Shown piece after piece: positions 18,769-28,094 of a stretch of DNA of 40,000 nt (positions are counted from its first letter, which is position 1; every line of letters starts with the position of its first letter). Source of the stretch: Bacillus vallismortis (GTDB lineage: Bacteria > Bacillota > Bacilli > Bacillales > Bacillaceae); contig NZ_CP026362.1 of NCBI RefSeq assembly GCF_004116955.1, positions 2,163,677-2,203,676 of the forward strand. Reading direction: 5' to 3'. A program made the position numbers and the translations under genes. The notes beneath the pieces are model-generated. The model made no database searches, was not told the origin of the DNA, and saw only the letters and a program-made list of their open reading frames with translations.

Positions 18769-19704
18769 TTATTCTTTTACGTTAATTAATTTCGCGCAGG
18801 CATCCTCTTCCTCGAACTTGCTGTCCAGCTTGGCTGTTAAGACGATAACGAATTTACGGGCGCGGATGTCTTTGTCGACTTCAATACGGATATTGCGGGA
18901 GAAGCCGAGAATGATATTTTTCGGATGTGTGAGAATGATATCGGAAGCGTCATATTGCGCGTCTCCCTCACCGACTGTGTACGGCTGCATATTGGATACC
19001 CCTTTAACCGGGATGCCGAATGCTGTTGACAAGCCGCCCTGAACAGCCTGGTCCCCAAGGTTTGTCTGGCGGTCTGCCACACGGTCCTTCCATTCAACTT
19101 CTAAGCCGTGAGACGTATAGAATCTGAAGTCCTGAGGAATGCGCAAATATTTCGGCGGAACAGCCTTTAAGCCTTTCTTGAATGTCGCTCTGGACAGTTC
19201 CTCACCGTTCATGTCCACGATATGGGACACCGCTTGTTTACGGATGCCGTCCAGCTGTGCCAAATACGGATCAGCTGATGCTGTATCGCCGTTTACAATC
19301 AGCTCTTCAATATCAACTGCTGCGCGCTCTGCTAAAATTTGCATAATGGTTTGCTGCAGGCCGTCTTTTTCAATATTGTTTTCGAGTGTGTCATACGTAA
19401 TGTTGATTTCCGCAATGACTTCCTTCGCGTTCAGCTGGACAGTGCTGGTCGTTGGAACAGTCAGCTCGTCGTTTGACAGTGCTTTTCCTTCTTGAGCCGC
19501 CCGCAGAATACGCTGGCCAAAGCCGATTTTCTCAAATTTTTGCGAGTCATTTTCCATTTGAATCACGCGGGATTCACTGAAAATGGTCGGCGTGTTTTGC
19601 ACCATGCGGATGAAAGCCGATGCTTGCGCAGGATTCATAAGCCCGCCGCTTTTTAAAGCAGAAAGCGACATTTCCGCTTTCCGAATGATCTCTTGATTTC
19701 TCAA
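18769..19704 (-). CDS. xkdG: Major capsid protein
   Basis: Track ORF, 311 aa, after the protease/scaffold gene. Confidence 0.9.
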   Translation of the reverse strand: MRNQEIIRKAEMSLSALKSGGLMNPAQASAFIRMVQNTPTIFSESRVIQMENDSQKFEKIGFGQRILRAAQEGKALSNDELTVPTTSTVQLNAKEVIAEINITYDTLENNIEKDGLQQTIMQILAERAAVDIEELIVNGDTASADPYLAQLDGIRKQAVSHIVDMNGEELSRATFKKGLKAVPPKYLRIPQDFRFYTSHGLEVEWKDRVADRQTNLGDQAVQGGLSTAFGIPVKGVSNMQPYTVGEGDAQYDASDIILTHPKNIILGFSRNIRIEVDKDIRARKFVIVLTAKLDSKFEEEDACAKLINVKE

Positions 19705-19729
19705 TTGATTTCCTCCTCTTTGACTGGTT

Positions 19730-20557
19730 TTACAGCAGTCCGCTCCAGATTGATTTTTTCACTTGCTCTGTATTGCCGCCCGCATCGTCCGCTGTCTGTT
19801 TAGACGTGCCTCGCGCTTTTTCCAACGCCTCGATGCGTTCGATCACCGGGGCGATCATGTCCTCAACGAGTGTTTTCAAACGCTCGTCATCACCCGTCTG
19901 CTCCGGCTTTTCCTCCATATTTGTATTTTTTTCAATTCGTTCAAGCCGTTTGAGCAGAGGGTACAGCGCATGCTCGAATGATTCTTTCATGTCTTCTTTT
20001 CTCATTTCTTCAGTCTCCTTCCCTGTTTTGTCAGCCAGCATCTGCTTGAATACACTGAAGAATCCCGCTTTTTCAACCGGTTCTTCCTCATACACATCAG
20101 CAGTGCCCGCCATGCTGTAGCCGGTAATGATTCCAGCCTTGATCTGTTCCCACACCTCGTCAGACGCTCTTGTTACGAGCACCCACGAGCCTTTTGCAAT
20201 CTGCTTTGACCCGATCATAAAATCATCGGGCGCCACATATGACTCGACCACGACGCCGGTTCCGCCCTCAAAACTGTGATTGATGTCAATCTCCCGTGCC
20301 TCCGCGAGAAATCCGTGGGCTGCTTTTTCAATTTCCTCGGCGGTCATAAAATCGCCGTGGGCGTCAGGAACATCAGGCTCGTACACGATTCCGTACACGA
20401 GCTTTTGTTCGTCCTGCTCACTTTTTGTAAACAGCCGAACCTTTTTTTCAAATGACGGAGGTCCCGCTGACTTCGTAAAGAAAAATTCTGTTTGGTTAGC
20501 CGCCTTGTCCACATAGCTGACAAAGCTGATTTTGGCATTTTTTAATTCCCGCGCCAC
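19730..20557 (-). CDS. xkdF: Prohead protease / scaffold protein
   Basis: Track ORF, 275 aa, GTG start with SD GGGAGGTGA-N9. Acidic coiled-coil C-terminal half. Lies between the portal and capsid genes. Confidence 0.85.
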   Translation of the reverse strand: MARELKNAKISFVSYVDKAANQTEFFFTKSAGPPSFEKKVRLFTKSEQDEQKLVYGIVYEPDVPDAHGDFMTAEEIEKAAHGFLAEAREIDINHSFEGGTGVVVESYVAPDDFMIGSKQIAKGSWVLVTRASDEVWEQIKAGIITGYSMAGTADVYEEEPVEKAGFFSVFKQMLADKTGKETEEMRKEDMKESFEHALYPLLKRLERIEKNTNMEEKPEQTGDDERLKTLVEDMIAPVIERIEALEKARGTSKQTADDAGGNTEQVKKSIWSGLL

Positions 20558-20576
20558 CTGCTTGATTCACCTCCCT

Positions 20577-22067
20577 TCAGGACGTTTTGATCTCATCGAT
20601 GCTTTCTTTCAGCCCCTGCATGAGCGCAGCCAGGTTTGTTTTTTCCGCATCCTGTCCTGCAGGCCGTTTATACATTTCTTCGGGCCACTCCTCCAGCGTT
20701 TTGCCAAGCACCCGTCCGGCAAGATCGCGTAAATCATTCGGCGAGACCGCTCCCGCTGTAATAAAAGGACCGAGCACTTTCGCAATCTCAAGCGGATCAC
20801 GAAAGTCCGGTCCTTTTAATGTCAGCCTGACGTCATGAATATTCAGCTCCGGCAAAAGCAGTGTGTTCAGTTTATTCACGAGCGTTTTTCGCTCCGGCTG
20901 AAAGACCTGCTCCTCCGTAATTTTTCTGGCGGTATCGGCTGTCGCCCGGTTGTATTCCTGGGCCTCGCCTGTATACAACGGCGGGAGGCGGAACGCCGAG
21001 CGCAGCTTATTTCTGCTTTTTTCATCGTATTCAAGAAACAAGGCGTCGTTTTGGAGAATTTCCGCGAGTGATTTGATTTCAACAGAAACCGGCGTAATAT
21101 CCTCTCCCCCGTGCAGGTCCTTCTCTTTCGCGATTCCCTCCGCTTCAATAAGGAGGAATTTATGGGCATTTTCCACGCCTTCAAGATCATTCATGTACTC
21201 TTGCAGTTCCCGATAAGAAGCTTCCGACAGCATCCCGTTTTCCACTGTGATGGCGGCGGGTACGTGACGGCCCTGTTTAAAATACATAAAATTGAGCTCT
21301 TCGGCTTTTCGCGCCCCGTATAAATTAACGATATTGCCGACCCAGCGGGGCACCCCGTATACACCGCTTCCGATTTTGAGGTGAATCGCTTCATTCGCTT
21401 GATGCTTCTCTGCCAATGTGTTTACATATTCACCCGTTCGCATGTCCATTTTTCGCGGATCGCCGTATTCCTTGAAAAACACTTTCTCTCCATTGATCAT
21501 CTGCACATATTTTCGGAAGCGTTTTTGCCTTTTGATCCTCTTCACTTTCCCGTTTTCTTCGTATACAAATGAAACCTCGACTGGTTCACCGGCTCCGCAT
21601 ACTCGCATATGCTTCACATCTAAATATTCAATGCCAGCCGGTTTTCCCATCCCGTCACGCAGCACTTCCATAAACCCGTTGCCTGTTTTTTCTCTGTCTT
21701 CGATGGCATAGCCCAAAATCATTTCAGCTGATTCGTCAAAGTGAAGGCATTTATAAAAGGCTTCGAGTCTGGCCCATTCTTGTTCCGCTTTTTTCTTTTT
21801 CGTTTGATCGACATCACTCGCGTTGACATCAAATGTGTACTCAACATCGAATCCAAAACCTGTAATATTGACTTTGTACGCATCAATGCATTGCTGGAGA
21901 ATCGTCGAGTACTCAGCAATGCTTTTGAGCTCGATCATATTGTAAGGCGGTGCGATAATATCGTCTCCGTACAGCTCAGAAAAGTCATCTTCATAGATTT
22001 GCTTTGTCTGAGGAGCGGCGGAATTGGATTTGAACACAGTCGCTCTGACTGTTTGATTGTGCATCAT
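20577..22067 (-). CDS. xkdE: Portal protein
   Basis: Track ORF, 496 aa, directly after the terminase large subunit. SD GGAGGAGG-N6-ATG. Confidence 0.9.
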   Translation of the reverse strand: MMHNQTVRATVFKSNSAAPQTKQIYEDDFSELYGDDIIAPPYNMIELKSIAEYSTILQQCIDAYKVNITGFGFDVEYTFDVNASDVDQTKKKKAEQEWARLEAFYKCLHFDESAEMILGYAIEDREKTGNGFMEVLRDGMGKPAGIEYLDVKHMRVCGAGEPVEVSFVYEENGKVKRIKRQKRFRKYVQMINGEKVFFKEYGDPRKMDMRTGEYVNTLAEKHQANEAIHLKIGSGVYGVPRWVGNIVNLYGARKAEELNFMYFKQGRHVPAAITVENGMLSEASYRELQEYMNDLEGVENAHKFLLIEAEGIAKEKDLHGGEDITPVSVEIKSLAEILQNDALFLEYDEKSRNKLRSAFRLPPLYTGEAQEYNRATADTARKITEEQVFQPERKTLVNKLNTLLLPELNIHDVRLTLKGPDFRDPLEIAKVLGPFITAGAVSPNDLRDLAGRVLGKTLEEWPEEMYKRPAGQDAEKTNLAALMQGLKESIDEIKTS

Positions 22068-23369
22068 TTATGACCTCCTCCTTTCACGGTTCGGCCGGAT
22101 CCGTTTGTGTCCTGTCTCTTTCATATCAGCCACCTCATAGTCATCAAGCGCATACCAAATGGCAGACAGCGTATGCGGGTCAATCGTGAATTCATCCTCT
22201 ATCAGCGCGCCGTTTTTGTCTTTGGCATACGTCAGCGTCTTGAGCTCATAGATCACATTTTCACAGCGGTCCGAACAGAAGATCTTTTTGAATCGTTTCA
22301 CTTTTTTTGTGTATTGAAGCCTTGAGCCGGGAAACTTTCTGGCTCCGACCATTCGAAAGCCCTGCTGACGGAAATATTGGATGCTTTTCGGTTCAGCAGC
22401 GTCGGCTTTAATCAATTCCTGCGTATCAATAAACTCACGCAGCTCCTCAGCCGTCCTGTCATCTGTCATTTTGTTTCGATAATACTCCCAATAAATGTAG
22501 AGGTGTTTTTTCTCAGGATCGACAGCGAGCCGGATGACGGCATTGTAGGATTCCTCAAACCCAAAATCCATGCCTGTCCGAAAAATCGGCTGGCCGATGG
22601 CTTCGATGCGTTCTTTTACTTGATCATGCGGAAGCACCTCGAACTGCGGCAGCACCCTGATCCCATTGACGCCGAATCGTCCTTTACGGGCAATCCGGTA
22701 TAAGTCAGGATCATACGCCTTGAGTCCGTCAAGCTGTTTCACATAGCTTTTCGGAAGAAAGAGATTGTCGTTTGCCGTGGAATGATGATAATACGTATCT
22801 CCCTTCACAATCGTCCGCTTTTCGTAAAGCTCGCTGTCATCCAGCACAAACCGTTTATTGCGCTCATCCCGAAAAAAATGCCGGTACGTCCAATTGGAGG
22901 TGCCGACGGGATTGGTGGTGCAGATCATGTGTAGCTTCAGCTCAGGGTGGCGCAGACGACCGATTAATTCCTTAAAGCCTTCGTACTTCACCTCTGAGCA
23001 TTCTTCAATCCATATTAAAGAAATGTTATGAACTGATTTTAATTTCGCCGGATTGTCCATTCCTTTGAACATGATCCGGCTGCCGTTTTGAAAACGAAGC
23101 TGCAGCGGGGAAGAAAGAGGTGCCACAGCCTTTGTGAGGCCGAGCTCTTCGACCACCTCTTGAAACAAGGAGTAGGTTGAATCCCGATGGGTATCGAACA
23201 CTTCACGGATGACAAGAGCCGTCCGTTTTTCCTTCAGCAGCTTTAATACGATTTTCAATGCGGTATGATAGCTTTTGGATGAGCCGTAGCCGCCGACGAG
23301 AAACTGGTACGTCTGCTCCCAATTGAACACGTAATCTTCGAAATGAGGGTTGATTTCTTTTACAATCAT
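22068..23369 (-). CDS. xtmB: Terminase large subunit
   Basis: 433 aa. Walker A-like VGGYGSSKS. Overlaps the xtmA stop. Confidence 0.93.
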   Translation of the reverse strand: MIVKEINPHFEDYVFNWEQTYQFLVGGYGSSKSYHTALKIVLKLLKEKRTALVIREVFDTHRDSTYSLFQEVVEELGLTKAVAPLSSPLQLRFQNGSRIMFKGMDNPAKLKSVHNISLIWIEECSEVKYEGFKELIGRLRHPELKLHMICTTNPVGTSNWTYRHFFRDERNKRFVLDDSELYEKRTIVKGDTYYHHSTANDNLFLPKSYVKQLDGLKAYDPDLYRIARKGRFGVNGIRVLPQFEVLPHDQVKERIEAIGQPIFRTGMDFGFEESYNAVIRLAVDPEKKHLYIYWEYYRNKMTDDRTAEELREFIDTQELIKADAAEPKSIQYFRQQGFRMVGARKFPGSRLQYTKKVKRFKKIFCSDRCENVIYELKTLTYAKDKNGALIEDEFTIDPHTLSAIWYALDDYEVADMKETGHKRIRPNRERRRS

Positions 23370-24163
23370 GGGTTGCCCTCTTTTCGTTTGATCATGATTT
23401 CAATCGGCGCTTGGCTGTCATCTGTTCTCTCCGCTTTTTGTTTGGCAAGCTTTAATTTCTCGTTTTCAATTTTTTGTTTCAATTGATCCGGAAACAAATC
23501 GAAATATAAGGACAGCTTCTCGAGCGCCTTCATTTTATCGGCGAGCTTGATGGCGATGCCTTCTTTGCCGAGCTTCGCTTCCGTTACAATGGTGCCGTCC
23601 ACAAGCCCGGAATCTTTGACATCGACATAGCTGATTTCCTTCATAATCGGATTATCATCTTCATCAAACAGCGGCCCCGATTTCCCGATTGCCTGGACCT
23701 CTTTTTTTCCGAAAGTCACATAGTCCGTTATATCCGCAAACGCGATTTTGATGTAAACCTGCAGCACGTCCATCGCTTCAATAAACATTTCATTGACCAT
23801 TTCTTTTTTAATGCGCCTGATTTCAGCAGCGACCTTTTCATTCTTTAACAGCCGGCTGCCCGTCACATGGGCGCTGTCCGGAGAATAGCCCGCTTTGATT
23901 GCCGACTGTGTGGCATTGAAGCTTTTGACGTAATACAGGCAAAACAGCCGCTGCCGTTCATTTAATTCATCACTATCTATCCGGCGCTGTTTTTGTTCGT
24001 TTCTGGCTTCAGAAAACAAGGCCTCTTTCCATTTGTCTTGTTTTTTCCAGATGCCGATTGTTTTCGCGGAAACGCCGATTGTCTCCGCGATCGCTTGATT
24101 TGTGATCTTTCCTTGATGTTGTTGATAGATTGCTAATGCTTGTTCGCGCTGTTGTGTTTTCAT
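23366..24163 (-). CDS. xtmA: Terminase small subunit
   Basis: 265 aa. N-terminal HTH ([24 protein letters not shown]). Confidence 0.9.
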   Translation of the reverse strand: MKTQQREQALAIYQQHQGKITNQAIAETIGVSAKTIGIWKKQDKWKEALFSEARNEQKQRRIDSDELNERQRLFCLYYVKSFNATQSAIKAGYSPDSAHVTGSRLLKNEKVAAEIRRIKKEMVNEMFIEAMDVLQVYIKIAFADITDYVTFGKKEVQAIGKSGPLFDEDDNPIMKEISYVDVKDSGLVDGTIVTEAKLGKEGIAIKLADKMKALEKLSLYFDLFPDQLKQKIENEKLKLAKQKAERTDDSQAPIEIMIKRKEGNP

Positions 24164-24207
24164 GCTACGGCATCACCGCCACCTCCGGCATGGATGTCTA
24201 TTCATAA

Positions 24208-24232
24208 AAGCGGCTGATCCTGCCAGCCGCTT
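24208..24232 (-). terminator. Hairpin between xpf and xtmA (weak terminator or 5' stabiliser of the late transcript)
   Basis: Minus strand reads AAGCGGCTG-GCAGGAT-CAGCCGCTT followed by TTAT. Confidence 0.3.
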
Positions 24233-24280
24233 ATGTGTCATGCTCTATTCACTTATAGGTGGCAAACGTATGACAAGCGT

Positions 24281-24790
24281 TCAGGCAAGCGATTGATTCA
24301 TTTCTTCCTGCTGTCTTTGCATCTTGACGATCGCCCGTTTAATGGTCGTTTGCACAGTCGATTTTTTCACGCCGAGAAGATCAGCAATCCGTTCATAAGA
24401 AAAGCATTCTACCTTATGCAGCAAAAATATTTCTTTTTCCCTGTCCGTTAACAGGGATAACGCTTCTTGGATTCTCTCTCTGTCTTCTTCTGATACCTGT
24501 CCGTCCGGCTCAACCATCATAGCGCTGGAAAATGATTCGATGATTCTCGGATCCTTGATCATCAGCCGCTGGTACGCATCACGCCGGTCAATCGCCCGTC
24601 TGATGCCGGGCTGTCTTCCTTTTTCAAGCCATTCTGTTACATATTCCAGATCGGTAATCATGTTTCGGATGATTTTTTTATCCTTCAGCTCTTCAGCTGA
24701 GAGCATGGATTCATCTGCTTCCGCGAAGGGTTTATATTGAGTTCTCGTCTGTTTAAGCGTGCGTTTATATTCAAATAGTAAGTCTTGCAT
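24281..24790 (-). CDS. xpf: Sigma-factor-like positive control factor for PBSX late genes
   Basis: Track ORF 24281..24832. Start moved to ATG 24790 (AAGGAGG-N8-ATG), giving 169 aa. Region-4-like HTH (SYERIADLLGVKKSTVQTTIKRA). The longer track ORF would run through a terminator. Confidence 0.85.
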   Translation of the reverse strand: MQDLLFEYKRTLKQTRTQYKPFAEADESMLSAEELKDKKIIRNMITDLEYVTEWLEKGRQPGIRRAIDRRDAYQRLMIKDPRIIESFSSAMMVEPDGQVSEEDRERIQEALSLLTDREKEIFLLHKVECFSYERIADLLGVKKSTVQTTIKRAIVKMQRQQEEMNQSLA

Positions 24791-24814
24791 TCTATGATCC
24801 TCCTTATTTTGGAC

Positions 24815-24868
24815 AAAAAAAACGGACACCAATCAACGCACAAATGCTGTGCAAGTTGATCAGTGTCC
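24815..24868 (-). terminator. Strong intrinsic terminator in the xtrA-xpf spacer
   Basis: Minus strand reads GGACACTGATCAAC ... GTTGATTGGTGTCC (12 of 14 bp paired, plus an inner 5-bp stem GCACA/TGTGC), then G and T8. Confidence 0.55.
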
Positions 24869-24904
24869 GCAGGCTTTCCGTCTTGGACGTATTCTTTTTT
24901 CGCT

Positions 24905-25111
24905 TTAATTTAATTTATAGCCGATTTCAAATTCCACGCGGGCAAGGTCTCCCTTTCTCGTTTCAACGAGCGTTTTTCCATGCTCCGGCGCTTCCGCAAT
25001 CCATGCTTCCCGTTTGACGCCGTCCACAATAATCACATGGATTTTTCCCTCCTCCAGCTGGCTCTCCAGCGTGATGGAATTGATATTGACTAGTTTTTTA
25101 GGATCGATCAT
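24905..25111 (-). CDS. xtrA: Small PBSX early protein
   Basis: Track ORF, 68 aa. ATGA overlap with xkdD. Confidence 0.83.
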   Translation of the reverse strand: MIDPKKLVNINSITLESQLEEGKIHVIIVDGVKREAWIAEAPEHGKTLVETRKGDLARVEFEIGYKLN

Positions 25112-25458
25112 GTTTCTTTTCCTCCTTTTGGCGGTTCTGCGCTTGTGTTGGCTTTTTCTAATAGCTGAATGATGCGCTCTTTTGAATGAATAGAATTCCC
25201 TTTCAGAAAATCAAGAGCTGCTTGAGACGCTTCCAGCAGTTCTGGCGCAGCCGCCATTAAAGCGGCATTCATGTTTTGCGAATATGAGCTGAGGTCAAAT
25301 ACAGCAGCAATCAGCCTCCCGTTTGAATAGGGGAATCTTTCTTTTTCTTCTTCACTGTAAGCTGAATAAATATAGATCGGTTTTGTATCCCCGCACGGGA
25401 CGGCACGCCACGGTGCGGGGCTTTTCTCTGCCTGTTTTGTTTTTTCCAATACCTTCAC
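25108..25458 (-). CDS. xkdD: PBSX early protein
   Basis: Track ORF, 116 aa, GTG start. Confidence 0.83.
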   Translation of the reverse strand: MKVLEKTKQAEKSPAPWRAVPCGDTKPIYIYSAYSEEEKERFPYSNGRLIAAVFDLSSYSQNMNAALMAAAPELLEASQAALDFLKGNSIHSKERIIQLLEKANTSAEPPKGGKET

Positions 25459-25550
25459 TTCCCGTCATCCTTATACCATTGTTCAATGTTTTTTTCCGTT
25501 TGCTTCGCCCGAAACAGCAAAGCTATGAAAGCAGTCAGCTTTTTAATCAT
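25455..25550 (-). CDS. Possible 31-codon coupled ORF (MIKKLTAFIALLFRAKQTEKNIEQWYKDDGK)
   Basis: Hand translation. The ATG overlaps the end of the upstream small ORF (ATGATTAA) and the TGA overlaps the GTG of xkdD. Confidence 0.3.
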   Translation of the reverse strand: MIKKLTAFIALLFRAKQTEKNIEQWYKDDGK

Positions 25551-25710
25551 GGATATTCAGCCTCGCTTTTCCCTCTGTCATCATTTCCTCCAGTTTTTGA
25601 ATGACCGGCGTTAAATCAGTGCCGGAGCGGCAGTTCGGACATGGATGAAAAACGGCGCCAATGTCTGTATGCTCCACGATGACTTTCTTTGTCAGACAAA
25701 GCTCGCACAT
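25543..25710 (-). CDS. 55-aa CxxC...CxxC zinc-ribbon-like protein
   Basis: Hand translation: MCELCLTKKVIVEHTDIGAVFHPCPNCRSGTDLTPVIQKLEEMMTEGKARLNIHD*. SD GGAGGGGG. The ATG overlaps the xkdC stop (TAATG). Confidence 0.55.
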   Translation of the reverse strand: MCELCLTKKVIVEHTDIGAVFHPCPNCRSGTDLTPVIQKLEEMMTEGKARLNIHD

Positions 25711-26510
25711 TATCTGGCCCCCTCCAATCTATGATTCAGCTCGCGGGCTGTTCCTTTGATAATCACTAAATAGTCACTGCACATTTCGTAGATTCTCGTC
25801 CCGAGCGCTTCATCAACCCGGACAAGTGTTTCGATCGTCAGCTCGCTCGAAAGCAAAATCGGTTTGTGATTTAAGTAGCGATAGTTGAGTACCGAATACA
25901 TTTGCTCTAATTGCCAATCGGTGGCGCGGGGTTTGCCATTAACCGGTTTAAACAGGTCATCGATGAACAGCACATCTGCCTGCTTTATCCGGTTCAGCTT
26001 CGCTTCCAAAAGATCAAAATCATTTTTCAAATCGGTAAAGCCCTCCACAAACGGAAAATAAATGACCGGCACATGGCGTGTTTTCATCAAATCGTTGGCG
26101 GCAGCGGTCAAAAGATGCGTTTTCCCTGAGCCGGGCTGTCCTAAAAGGGCGATGCTATTTTTCCGGCTATCCTTGATTTGTTCATAATCCGCCACATACT
26201 CTTTTGTGCATTCAAACGCGTCTTCTATAGCCTGCGGCTTCCCCTCAATGCTGAACGCTTCGAAGCCCAGCTGTCTGAAGGCAGGGGTAATCTCACTGGT
26301 ACCGAGGAGCCGCTTCACTTTCCGTTCTGCTATACAGCTGCACCTCGTCCATACCTCCAGGCCGTTCTGCTGGATGAGATAGCCTCCCTGATCCTTGCAT
26401 CGCGGGCAATCATACCGGCTTGCGTCTGATTCGGCCGGTTTGTCCGCCAGTAATGGACGTCTCCCTCTTCTCAGCTCGTCTAAAATCTGCTCGATTGTTC
26501 GTTTTGTCAT
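25710..26510 (-). CDS. xkdC: DnaC/IstB-like AAA+ ATPase (helicase-loader-like)
   Basis: Track ORF 25710..26663. Start moved to ATG 26510 (AGAGGA-N9-ATG), giving 266 aa. Walker A GQPGSGKTHL, Walker B LFIDDL, N-terminal Cys cluster CPRC..CSC. Confidence 0.88.
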   Translation of the reverse strand: MTKRTIEQILDELRRGRRPLLADKPAESDASRYDCPRCKDQGGYLIQQNGLEVWTRCSCIAERKVKRLLGTSEITPAFRQLGFEAFSIEGKPQAIEDAFECTKEYVADYEQIKDSRKNSIALLGQPGSGKTHLLTAAANDLMKTRHVPVIYFPFVEGFTDLKNDFDLLEAKLNRIKQADVLFIDDLFKPVNGKPRATDWQLEQMYSVLNYRYLNHKPILLSSELTIETLVRVDEALGTRIYEMCSDYLVIIKGTARELNHRLEGAR

Positions 26511-27246
26511 GTCTTTCCATCCTCTCATGTTGAATCGCGGTGTTTTTTTTGGCCTGCTGCGCGAAAAATCGGTCTTCAATAAATTTCGAGCAGTAGCGAA
26601 AGGCCTTGATTGTTTCTGAAGTGGCGGTCCGCCGGTTTTCAAAGGCTTGAAAGCATTCCTCAAGCCATTTGATTGTTTGCGTTACTGGAACGCCGATGGC
26701 GACAATACGGGCGATGGCTTGATAATCTCTGGAGGAAGGATACACGGTGCGTCCTTCTTGAGCCGACCGTAATTGTGTAAAGCGCTTCGCAATGTGATCC
26801 ACTGCATCAATAGCAGCAGTATTGTTATTTGTTTTATCTTTATTTGAGCGGACGTCTGTGTCCGGTGCCTGCGGCGAAAATGGCCGTTCCGTTATGCTCA
26901 GGTGTGCCATTTTGTCCGATCTGAAGCTGTATTTTTTGGAATGCTTTACCGAAATCACCAGTCCATATGGCGCGCGGACAGCCTTTATGTACTCATGGGC
27001 TTCAAGGAGCTCCAGCCATCTTCTGACGGTTTTTTCACTGACACCGAATACAGCCGCCATTTCTCTTGCTTTTAACGGCTTATGTCCGAGCACGATTCCC
27101 CAGCATACCCCGTCTTTTTCAATTTCTTTTGTTGTTGAGCTAATGAACCAGAGAAACAGCCATAGAGCCGGACCGATTTTGTCATAATGTTCTGAATTCA
27201 ATAACCCTGAATACGTTGGAAAAGGATAGCTTTTATCGGTTTTCAT
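26410..27246 (-). CDS. xkdB: Replication-organiser-like / DnaD-like HTH protein
   Basis: Track ORF, 278 aa, preceded only by a 59-codon ORF in the early operon. Confidence 0.85.
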   Translation of the reverse strand: MKTDKSYPFPTYSGLLNSEHYDKIGPALWLFLWFISSTTKEIEKDGVCWGIVLGHKPLKAREMAAVFGVSEKTVRRWLELLEAHEYIKAVRAPYGLVISVKHSKKYSFRSDKMAHLSITERPFSPQAPDTDVRSNKDKTNNNTAAIDAVDHIAKRFTQLRSAQEGRTVYPSSRDYQAIARIVAIGVPVTQTIKWLEECFQAFENRRTATSETIKAFRYCSKFIEDRFFAQQAKKNTAIQHERMERHDKTNNRADFRRAEKRETSITGGQTGRIRRKPV

Positions 27247-27412
27247 TGTACGCAGCTTCTCCTTTTAACAGCATATATGTTTGAAACTGTGCTTGCGTTT
27301 CAAAGTGGAATACCGGAAGGCCGCATGGCGTAAACGAAATGGTGCCGCCGGATTGTCCGAGATGGCGCTGATCTATGGGATTTTCACTAAAAACAATTTG
27401 GATGGGATACAT
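27233..27412 (-). CDS. 59-aa ORF at the head of the early operon, below the 60-aa track cutoff
   Basis: Hand translation: MYPIQIVFSENPIDQRHLGQSGGTISFTPCGLPVFHFETQAQFQTYMLLKGEAAYNENR*. SD AGGAGAG-N7-ATG. Overlaps the xkdB start by 14 nt. Confidence 0.5.
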   Translation of the reverse strand: MYPIQIVFSENPIDQRHLGQSGGTISFTPCGLPVFHFETQAQFQTYMLLKGEAAYNENR

Positions 27413-27437
27413 GTGATCACTCTCCTGATCTGTTTTT

Positions 27438-27544
27438 GATACATTTCGTATCAGCTGTATCCAAGTATAAACGATACATTCTGTATCATCAAGTTATTTT
27501 TGATACTTTTTTTATCATCCCTTTATTTTGATACATTTTGTATC
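27438..27544. promoter_or_regulatory. Array of four 15-bp Xre-type operators (GATACA-N3-TGTATC)
   Basis: GATACATTTCGTATC at 27438-27452, GATACATTCTGTATC at 27473-27487, GATACTTTTTTTATC at 27502-27516, and GATACATTTTGTATC at 27530-27544. Confidence 0.7.
27464..27492 (-). promoter_or_regulatory. Sigma-A-type early promoter (TTGATG-N17-TATACT) with an operator in the spacer
   Basis: Read on the minus strand: -35 at 27487-27492 and -10 at 27464-27469. Confidence 0.5.
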
Positions 27545-27550
27545 TATAAT
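27545..27550 (+). promoter_or_regulatory. TATAAT -10 box, candidate xre promoter, abutting operator 4
   Basis: Perfect TATAAT 41 nt upstream of the xre ATG. The -35 is poor. Confidence 0.4.
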
Positions 27551-27590
27551 CAATAGTAACTTAGAGAGTTTAAAAAAGAGAGGTCATAGC

Positions 27591-27932
27591 ATGATAGGCG
27601 GCAGATTGAAGAGTCTCAGAGGGAAAAGGACGCAGGAAGAAATCGCATCACACATCGGTGTATCACGGGCTCGATATTCCCACTATGAAAACGGGCGGAG
27701 CGAGCCTGATTACGATACACTGCAAAAGCTGGCTGATTACTTTCAAGTAACGGCTGATTACTTATTAACAGGGAAAGACAAAAAAGACGACGACGATATG
27801 TTTTCAGATCCGGACCTGCAGCTCGCATACCGTGATATGCAGGATTTTTCCCCCGAAAGCAAACAGCAGGCCATCGAGTTTATCAACTATTTAAAAGAAA
27901 AAGAGAAAAACCGAAAACCAAAAAATAAATAA
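27591..27932 (+). CDS. xre: HTH (Cro/C1-type) repressor of PBSX
   Basis: Track ORF 27528..27932. Start moved to ATG 27591 (AAGAGAGG-N7-ATG), giving 113 aa. HTH motif [21 protein letters not shown]. Confidence 0.9.
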   Translation: MIGGRLKSLRGKRTQEEIASHIGVSRARYSHYENGRSEPDYDTLQKLADYFQVTADYLLTGKDKKDDDDMFSDPDLQLAYRDMQDFSPESKQQAIEFINYLKEKEKNRKPKNK

Positions 27933-28094
27933 ATCTTTCTCCGTTCTCTAAAACATATGAAAAATAGACCGATATAAAGAAAAAATTGTTTATTTTTTTT
28001 AGAAAAGGGAAAGATTTCTACACACTTTCCAGTCCTATACGGGGCTTTTCTTTCTCGCTAAAAACAGAACAAACGTTCGAAAGGGAGTATTCAA

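Noticed and set aside
25710-26663. N-terminally extended track ORFs (xkdC 317 aa, xre 134 aa, xpf 183 aa, yjoB 445 aa, uxaA 506 aa, phrA 61 aa, yjpA 114 aa, among others)
   Set aside because: Internal starts have proper SD spacing and reproduce the protein sizes I recall. The extensions overlap upstream genes, operators, a terminator or a promoter.
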